A DNA stretch of 22,637 nt from contig JBKPAK010000230.1 of assembly GCA_046726415.1 (NCBI GenBank), positions 1 through 22,637 of the forward strand, written 5' to 3'. Within the stretch, counting starts at the first letter, position 1, and each line of letters begins with the position of its first letter. A program made the translations under genes and the position numbers. This document shows positions 16,111 to 22,637 of the stretch, piece after piece. The notes under the pieces were generated by a model, which was not told the DNA's origin, ran no database searches, and saw only the letters and a program-made list of their open reading frames with translations. Source of the DNA: Candidatus Methylomirabilota bacterium. GTDB lineage: Bacteria > Methylomirabilota > Methylomirabilia > Rokubacteriales > CSP1-6.

Positions 16111-18849
16111 ATGGCGACATTTGACACGGTGGAGCAGCGGCGCCTCGCCGAGGCGCGCGACGGTGTGGTCCCCTGGCGAAGGTGGGGTCCCTATCTGAGC
16201 GAACGTCAGTGGGGAACGGTGCGCGAGGACTACAGCGACAACGGCGACGCCTGGAACTACTTCACCCATGACCAGGCGCGCTCGCGCGCCTACCGCTGGG
16301 GCGAGGATGGCCTGGCCGGCCTCTCCGACGACAAGCAGCGGCTCTGCTTTGCCCTCGCCTTGTGGAACGGCAAGGACCCTATTCTCAAGGAGCGCCTCTT
16401 CGGCCTGACCAACAGCGAGGGGAACCACGGCGAGGACGTGAAGGAGTACTACTTCTACCTCGACAGCACGCCGACACACTCCTACATGAAGTATCTCTAC
16501 AAGTATCCTCAAGCGGCCTATCCCTACTTGGACCTGGTGGAGACGAACCGGCGGCGCACCCGCGACGAGATGGAGTACGAGCTGCTCGACACGGGCGTTT
16601 TCAAGAACGACCGTTACTTCGACGTCTTCGTGGAGTACGCCAAGAATGGCCCACCGGACATCCTGGTGCAAATCACCGCCGCCAACCGGGGGCCGACGGC
16701 GGCCGAGCTGCATGTGCTACCGACCCTGTGGTTCCGCAACGACTGGTCGTCATGGATCTCCAAACCGGCCGAGAAGCCGATGCTCACGCAGATCGAGGGA
16801 CCGGCGGGCACACGTGCGATTGCCGCAGCGCATCCGGCGCTCGGCCAATACTACCTGTACTGTGACGGCGATGTGCCCCTGCTCTTCACCGAGAATGAAA
16901 CGAACAACGCTCGGCTGTTTCCTGAGCACCCCAACGCCAGCGCGTACGTCAAAGACGGCATCAACGACTATGTGGTCCGCGGTCAGCAGGCGGCGGTCAA
17001 CCCCAAGCGGCACGGCACCAAGGTCGCAGCACACCACCGGCTGGTGATCGGCCCCGGCCAGTCGGTGACCGTGCGCCTGCGCCTCACCGACCAGGCCCCG
17101 GCGGGGGCCTCCCCCTTCGGGCCGGCGTTTGACAAGGTCATGGCCGCCCGTCTCCAGGAGGCGGACGAGTTCTACCGCTCCGTGACCCCGCCCTCAGTCT
17201 CACCGGACGCGGCCAATGTCATGCGCCAGGCCATCGCCGGTATGCTCTGGTCCAAGCAGTACTACTCCTTCGACGCTGATCGGTGGCTGGAGGAGCACCA
17301 CGCCCATCCGCTCCTGCCCGGGGCCCGCCACTCCCGGAACCAGGAGTGGTTCCACATGATCAACGACGACATCATCTCCATGCCCGACAAGTGGGAGTAC
17401 CCCTGGTATGCGGCCTGGGACCTCGCCTTCCACACGCTCCCGATCTCGATCGTCGACCCTGACTTCGCCAAGCATCAGATGGAGCTGATTCTCAAGGAGC
17501 TCTACCTGCATCCCAGCGGACAGATCCCCGCCTACGAGTGGAACTTCAGCGATGTGAACCCGCCGGTGCACGCCTGGGCCACCCTGTTCCTGCATCGCAC
17601 CGAGCAAGCCCTGCGCGGCGAGGCCGACATCGACTTCCTCAAGTCGGCCTTCCACAAGCTCTTGCTGAACTTCACCTGGTGGGTGAATCGCAAGGACCGA
17701 TTCGGCAAGAACGTGTTCGAGGGGGGCTTCCTCGGCCTCGACAACATCGGCGTCTTCGACCGCAGCGCCCCCCTGCCCACCGGGGGCTACCTGGAGCAGG
17801 CGGACGGCACCGCGTGGATGGCCCTCTTCACCCAGAACATGGCGGAGCTCGCCGTGGAGATCGCCACCCACGACCGCACCTACGAGGATATGGCCTTCAA
17901 GTTCATCGAGCATTTCTGCTACATCGCCGCGGCCATGAACCGACCCGGATCGAACGGGATGTGGGACGAGGAGGACGGCTTCTACTACGACCTACTGCGG
18001 CTTCCAGATGGCAGCGCCACGCGACTCAAGGTGCGCTCGATGGTGGGACTCCTGCCCCTCGGCGCCACCACGGTGGTCGAGAAATGGCAGCGCGACCGCG
18101 TTCCGCGGGCCACGGCCGGATTTCTGGCACGCCTGCGCCAGATGCCCGAACTCCTGCAGTCCATTCACCCCACGGGCCCGGAGCACCTCGGCGTGGCCGA
18201 GCGCGGGATCATTGCCCTGGTCAGCGCGGAGCGCCTCCGTCGGATCCTCTCGAGGATGCTGGATGAGAACGAGTTCCTGGGTCCCTACGGCATCCGTTCG
18301 ATCTCGAAGTTCCATCAGCAGCACCCCTACGTCTTCCGGATAGGCGGCCAAGAATATCGGGTCGACTATTTGCCGGCGGAGTCGAATACCGGCATGTTCG
18401 GCGGCAACTCCAACTGGCGGGGGCCGGTGTGGTTCCCCGTGAACGCCGTCCTCATCCGAGCGCTCCTGACGTACTACCTGTACTACGGTGACACCTTCAA
18501 GATCGAATGTCCCACGGGGTCCGGCACCATGATGAACCTCTTCGAGGTCAGCAAGGAGATCTCCGATCGTCTCGCCCGGACCTTCCTGCGCGACGAGCGC
18601 GGCCGGCGACCCGTGTACGGCAGCACGGAGACGTTCCAGTCCGATCCCCACTGGCGCGATCTCATCCTCTTCTACGAGTATTTTCACGGCGACAACGGGG
18701 CGGGGCTGGGGGCGAGTCACCAGACCGGCTGGACCGGGGTCGTGGCCAAGACCATCCAGCTCTATGGCCTCCTGGACGCCAAGCAATTCCTGGAGGTCGG
18801 CAAGGCGGCTGCGTTCCGTCAGGAGGCAACCGGCGCCGGAAGGAGATGA
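16111..18849 (+). CDS. MGH1-like glycoside hydrolase (glucosidase, GH63-related)
   Basis: 912 aa with AGGAG RBS; WGPYLSERQWGTVREDYS, SMPDKWEYPWYAAWDLAFH, GGNSNWRGPVW, FYEYFHGDNGAGLGASHQTGWT. Confidence 0.93.
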   Translation: MATFDTVEQRRLAEARDGVVPWRRWGPYLSERQWGTVREDYSDNGDAWNYFTHDQARSRAYRWGEDGLAGLSDDKQRLCFALALWNGKDPILKERLFGLTNSEGNHGEDVKEYYFYLDSTPTHSYMKYLYKYPQAAYPYLDLVETNRRRTRDEMEYELLDTGVFKNDRYFDVFVEYAKNGPPDILVQITAANRGPTAAELHVLPTLWFRNDWSSWISKPAEKPMLTQIEGPAGTRAIAAAHPALGQYYLYCDGDVPLLFTENETNNARLFPEHPNASAYVKDGINDYVVRGQQAAVNPKRHGTKVAAHHRLVIGPGQSVTVRLRLTDQAPAGASPFGPAFDKVMAARLQEADEFYRSVTPPSVSPDAANVMRQAIAGMLWSKQYYSFDADRWLEEHHAHPLLPGARHSRNQEWFHMINDDIISMPDKWEYPWYAAWDLAFHTLPISIVDPDFAKHQMELILKELYLHPSGQIPAYEWNFSDVNPPVHAWATLFLHRTEQALRGEADIDFLKSAFHKLLLNFTWWVNRKDRFGKNVFEGGFLGLDNIGVFDRSAPLPTGGYLEQADGTAWMALFTQNMAELAVEIATHDRTYEDMAFKFIEHFCYIAAAMNRPGSNGMWDEEDGFYYDLLRLPDGSATRLKVRSMVGLLPLGATTVVEKWQRDRVPRATAGFLARLRQMPELLQSIHPTGPEHLGVAERGIIALVSAERLRRILSRMLDENEFLGPYGIRSISKFHQQHPYVFRIGGQEYRVDYLPAESNTGMFGGNSNWRGPVWFPVNAVLIRALLTYYLYYGDTFKIECPTGSGTMMNLFEVSKEISDRLARTFLRDERGRRPVYGSTETFQSDPHWRDLILFYEYFHGDNGAGLGASHQTGWTGVVAKTIQLYGLLDAKQFLEVGKAAAFRQEATGAGRR

Positions 18850-18880
18850 CATGTGGTCGCTAAGGTCGTCGACGGTTGCA

Positions 18881-18922
18881 CCACGGGATGTCATGACAGT
18901 TCACGACATGTCGCGGGCATCC
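18881..18922. promoter_or_regulatory. Two palindromic boxes (candidate UAS), homologous to 79-120 in inverted orientation
   Basis: CGGGATGTCA 18884 and CGACATGTCG 18904, 20 bp apart as at 88/108. Confidence 0.55.
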
Positions 18923-19015
18923 ATGGGTCTGGTGGATCGTGGCACCTTCCTTTGCCGTTTGGGCGAGCGTGAGCTTGCGCGTCGCTAGTGCGGTTGACTC
19001 GCACCAGGATTGCCG

Positions 19016-19456
19016 ATGAGCAGGTCGACGAATTGGCGCGCCGTGATAGGGCGCGAGGTTAAGGCCGTCGGCTTCGTCACTCTCTACTTTTTCTGCTGCT
19101 TCGGCATAATCCTGACGCTGAAGAAGCTCTTCCTCGCCGACTATCACATCGAATCGTATGCTCTCTCCGCGACGGTGGTCAGCGCCGTCATCGCCGCCAA
19201 GATCGTGGTGACCTTGGACCATACTCGCGCCGGCACCCGGTTCGACGCCAGGCGCGCCCTCGTCACGGCAGTGTCATACAAGACCGTGGTCTACGGCGCA
19301 GTGGCGTTCGGCGCCCTCTTCGCGGAGAGGCCGTTCCATGCCTACCGCGCGAGCGGCGGACTCGGTGTGGCCATTGCACAGCTATGGGAGCCGGAACCGG
19401 AACGTGATCCTCGCCAAGGTGATCTGTGTCGGCCTGACCTTTGCGGGGCGGGATGA
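19016..19456 (+). pseudogene. Hypothetical membrane protein, frameshifted near its 3' end
   Basis: Several hydrophobic helices; after ~19390 a shifted frame continues RNVILAKVICVGLTFAG. Confidence 0.6.
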
Positions 19457-19556
19457 CGCAACACAGCCCCGGACTCTTGGTCGGAGAGGGCTTCGCGCAT
19501 GATCACTACGCTGTTTCTGCGCCCTCCTGCCTGGCAGCGGCGCCGCTTCCGCCTGC

Positions 19557-19724
19557 ACTGGACTCCGCACTCTCCGGCGGGAGCACGTCCACTTGGAGCA
19601 GGGCGTGGTGATGCTGCCCAAGGCGAAGTAGGGCGCTCGCCCCGTCATCCTGAGCGCCGAGGAGCAGAAGATCCTCCGCGGCCAGCTTGAGGCGCACGTG
19701 AGCGAGTGGGTGTTTCCAAGCCCC
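19557..19724 (+). pseudogene. Tyrosine recombinase (phage integrase family) fragment
   Basis: TGLR..LRREHVHLEQGVVMLPKAK*GARPVILS...WVFPSP, with an in-frame TAG at 19629. Confidence 0.65.
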
Positions 19725-20369
19725 GAGACTCCTCGCATGACAGATGATCGCAAAGCCGCCCGTGACTTCGACCACGATGTGACGGTCGCCGACGGCCGTG
19801 ACCTCGGCCGCATGACGAGGCGTGCTGCTCAAGGTGGAGATGCTCCTGGACTCGCGCGCGGCGGCTGGCCGGTCACGCGCATCAGACATGCGGAGCGCAG
19901 CGTCGCCCGGAGAGCGCCGCGACAATGATGACGCTGCGCCAGCGCTGCGCCGCTCCGCATCCCGATCGCCCGGTATTGGCCTCTGGAGGCGACGGAGCCC
20001 GCCCTGGAGTGGAGTGCAAACCGCCGCGCTCTCAACCTCGATGGGCACTGCCGGCCCGCCGGGCCGCCTAGACGGCCAGAGGACGAGTCAGACTGATCGG
20101 CCGCTCCGCTGGGCGACGAGGTGGATGGGCGGTGAGCGCGCGGCTTTTCTTGGCTGATGTTGAGGGCCGTGACCCAGATGGCGCCGCCGCCCGATCGGAT
20201 CACCATCATGCGCGGGCGAGTCGCCACTCGCCACTGACAGCGCGAAGAGAAGGATGACAAACCTCGCACAGCGGGCACGACCCACACGCGTTGATCGCCC
20301 TCACGGAGGAGGCGCAGAGCGAAGGAGCTGATACGACCAACAAGCAGTGCTCTTGACAAACCGCTTCAG

Positions 20370-20601
20370 AGAAGAACGGGCGATCCGCTGTGCGCAGCCG
20401 GGGCCGGCCCACCGTTCGCTTGTACACGGCGACCTGGTGACGCAAGGCGAGGTTCTCGAGGGCGAGCTGGCGGGGGCCGCCGCAGAGGAAGGGGAAAGAG
20501 ATGAAGCAGGTTGAACAGGAGGATGATCATTGAGCTGAGATTGTCTCGAGATCAGCGCCGGATCAATCCTTGTCCGCCGGCTGGAGTTTTGGCGAGGGAC
20601 A
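20370..20601 (-). mobile_element. IS remnant: one end plus the N-terminus of an integrase-core transposase (possibly IS481-like)
   Basis: ATG 20530, a frameshift, then FLCGGPRQLALENLALRHQVAVYKRTVGRPRLRTADR. Upstream, TGTCCCTCGCCAAAACTCC starts at 20601 and abuts the sulfatase relic. Confidence 0.7.
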
Positions 20602-20602
20602 G

Positions 20603-20788
20603 GACAACATCTGGCTCTTCGTGCCCGTTCAGCAGAAGCTCAAGGACTTTCTGGTCACCGTGCCCGAGTTTCCGTTCCAGGAGGGGAGCAGCCTGAATGC
20701 CGCCAACATCAACTACACGACCTTGAAGGCCGCGGCAGCCCTGAAGCGGCTGAAGGAGCTGGAGAGCCTGTCGCCCCCCAGCAACTAA
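20603..20788 (+). pseudogene. Arylsulfatase C-terminal remnant
   Basis: DNIWLFVPVQQKLKDF...FPFQEGSSLNAANINY; 5' part replaced by the IS end. Confidence 0.85.
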
Positions 20789-20820
20789 CACACGAGCGGA
20801 TCATGAGAAAGGAGTGAGGC

Positions 20821-21849
20821 ATGACATCCGGCACCAGGCGTCATCGAATCCGTCTTCTGGTGGGGCTGGCTGTCTGGCTCGGTGCCAGCGCGCCGGCATT
20901 CGCGCAGACCGACCCCCTGCCGTCATGGAACGACGGGCCGGCCAAGAAGGCGATCGTCGAGTTTGTGCAGGCCACCACCGACAAGGCGAGTCCGAAGTTC
21001 GTCTCGCCGGAAGCGCGCATCGCCACCTTCGACCAGGACGGGACGCTGTGGGTCTCGCATCCCATGTACACGCAGGTGGTCTACTGCCTGGAGCGGGTGC
21101 CGGCGGTGGTGGCGAAGAAGCCTGAGCTGAAGAACGTAGAGCCGTTCAAGACCGTGCTCTCCGGCAACCGGGAAGCGATGGCGAAGCTCTCGATGAAGGA
21201 CCTCGAAGTGATCTTGGCCGCCACCCTCACCGGCATGACTGTGGAGGAGTTCAACGCCGAGGCCAAGAAGTGGCTAGCGGCCGCCAAGCACCCGCGCTGG
21301 AAGAGGCCTTACACCGAGCTCACGTACCAGCCGATGCAGGAGGTGCTGCGCTACCTGCGCGACAACGGCTACAAGACCTACATCGTGACCGGCGGCGGCC
21401 AGGACTTCGTGCGCGTGTATTCCGAGCAGGTCTACGGCATCCCGCCCGAGCAGGTGGTGGGCACGGCGGGGGGCACGAAGTACAGCTATGCCAAGGACCG
21501 ACGCCCGTTTCTCACCAAGGAGCCGAGGCTCCTCCTGAACGACAATAACGCCGGCAAGCCGGAAGGCATTCACCTGATGATCGGGCGCCGCCCGTACGCG
21601 GCCTTCGGCAATTCCACCGGCGACCGGCAGATGCTGGAGTACACGCAGGCGGGCGACGGCGCCCGGCTCATGATGCTGGTACTCCACGACGACGCGCAGC
21701 GTGAGTATGCGTACGGGCCCGCCCAAGGGCTGCCGGCCACCCGGGTCGGCGCCTTTACCCAGGCGTTCTACGACGAGGCCAAGAAGCGCGGCTGGAACGT
21801 CATCAGCATGAAGAACGACTGGAAGCGCATCTTCGCGTTCGACCCGTAG
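20821..21849 (+). CDS. Exported HAD-family hydrolase (phosphatase-like)
   Basis: GAGG RBS, signal peptide AFA-Q, DPLPSWNDG, motif I FDQDGTLW, IVTGGG, GKP, FGNSTGD. Confidence 0.93.
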   Translation: MTSGTRRHRIRLLVGLAVWLGASAPAFAQTDPLPSWNDGPAKKAIVEFVQATTDKASPKFVSPEARIATFDQDGTLWVSHPMYTQVVYCLERVPAVVAKKPELKNVEPFKTVLSGNREAMAKLSMKDLEVILAATLTGMTVEEFNAEAKKWLAAAKHPRWKRPYTELTYQPMQEVLRYLRDNGYKTYIVTGGGQDFVRVYSEQVYGIPPEQVVGTAGGTKYSYAKDRRPFLTKEPRLLLNDNNAGKPEGIHLMIGRRPYAAFGNSTGDRQMLEYTQAGDGARLMMLVLHDDAQREYAYGPAQGLPATRVGAFTQAFYDEAKKRGWNVISMKNDWKRIFAFDP

Positions 21850-21869
21850 GCGCTGCTGGAGAGGCGTAG

Positions 21870-22637
21870 ATGGGGGACGGGGTGTGCGGCTGGCGGCTGA
21901 CCGTGGCGGCGGTCCTGGTTCTCGGGGCGGTAACACCATCGTGGAGTAACGACGACTCGCAGGAGGTGTTGACCAGGGCCGTGACGAATCCTGGCGCGAC
22001 GCCCACGTACGAGCTCGGCGTTGGCAGGCTAGACCCCTCCGGCCTAGGGGATACACGCTCCAGCTCGCTCGCCGTCGGACAGGTCGCACAGGCCGCCGGA
22101 GCGTCCGGCACGGAGGCCATGGATGCGGCGCGCGACCCGGCAAGGGCCGAGCACCCGGAAGGGCTATCCAACACAGACTTGAACAGGGCGCTCTGCAACC
22201 CGGTCACGAGCCTCTGGTCGCTGACCTCCCAGTCCAACAATTCACCGCGGCCGATCCTGTGGGCGTAACGGGACTGGCGGATATTTTCAGTTGTTCGACC
22301 TCGTCACCATTACCGAGTCCTGGGGCAAGTGGGGCTTCGGGCCGGCCTTCGTGTTCCCGACGGCAACCTCCAGGCCTCTCGGCCAGGGCAAGTGGCAGCT
22401 CGGCCCCACGGTGGCGGCCATCTATACGGGCATTAAGAACCTGACCGTCGGCGCGATCTTATAGAACCCGATCTCGTTTGCTGGCGACCCCAGTCGGCTC
22501 TCCGTGAGCAACTTGATCGTCAGTCCCACCCTGACCTACAATCTGCCGGCCGGCTGGTTCGCGGGATACAGCGATTTCAACTGGGATTTCAACTGGAAGA
22601 ACGGCGGTGCCGCCACCATTCCCGTGGGGTGCAAGTC
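21870..22637 (+). pseudogene. Disrupted putative outer-membrane protein (family often annotated 'neuromedin U'), runs off the window end
   Basis: Signal peptide, NPVTSLWSL; then shifted frames TGLADI and WGFGPAFVFPTAT...LGQGKWQLGP...; in-frame TAG at 22462. Confidence 0.7.

Noticed and set aside
88-18913. Repeated palindromes as a CRISPR array, attC or REP elements
   Set aside because: They are only 10 bp, degenerate, in groups of 2-3 and dispersed. There is no repeat-spacer array, cas gene or intact integron integrase.
18940-19014. sigma54 promoter candidates TGGCACCTTCCTTTGC and TCGCACCAGGATTGCC
   Set aside because: The first has spacing one base too long. The second lacks the -24 GG and would start transcription after ATG 19016, so it is kept only as a possible relic.
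19730-20365. ORFs between the integrase relic and the IS remnant
   Set aside because: Low-complexity Arg/Ala/Pro-rich translations with no recognisable family or RBS.

Overview
High-GC bacterial accessory region encoding cell-envelope functions under apparent sigma54 control, and heavily eroded. Intact-looking genes: two DUF1134/EipA-like exported proteins, an outer-membrane beta-barrel, a class I SAM methyltransferase, a minus-strand operon (STAS protein, DUF1134-like protein, split pqiA, pqiB, pqiC, START-domain protein), a GAF-AAA+-HTH sigma54 activator, a small lipoprotein, an MGH1-like glucosidase and an exported HAD hydrolase. Between them lie many relics: four arylsulfatase fragments, a frameshifted second activator, GAF, HAD, STAS, ABM and c-type cytochrome fragments, an integrase fragment and an IS end. 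The most striking unannotated signal is a repeated cis-regulatory module: tandem 10-bp palindromes (consensus CGAnATnTCG, 18-22 bp apart) roughly 55-150 bp upstream of sigma54-type -24/-12 promoters, twice with an IHF-like box in between. Several of these promoters have a non-canonical -12 element. All family assignments come from motif recognition by eye; no database searches were run.
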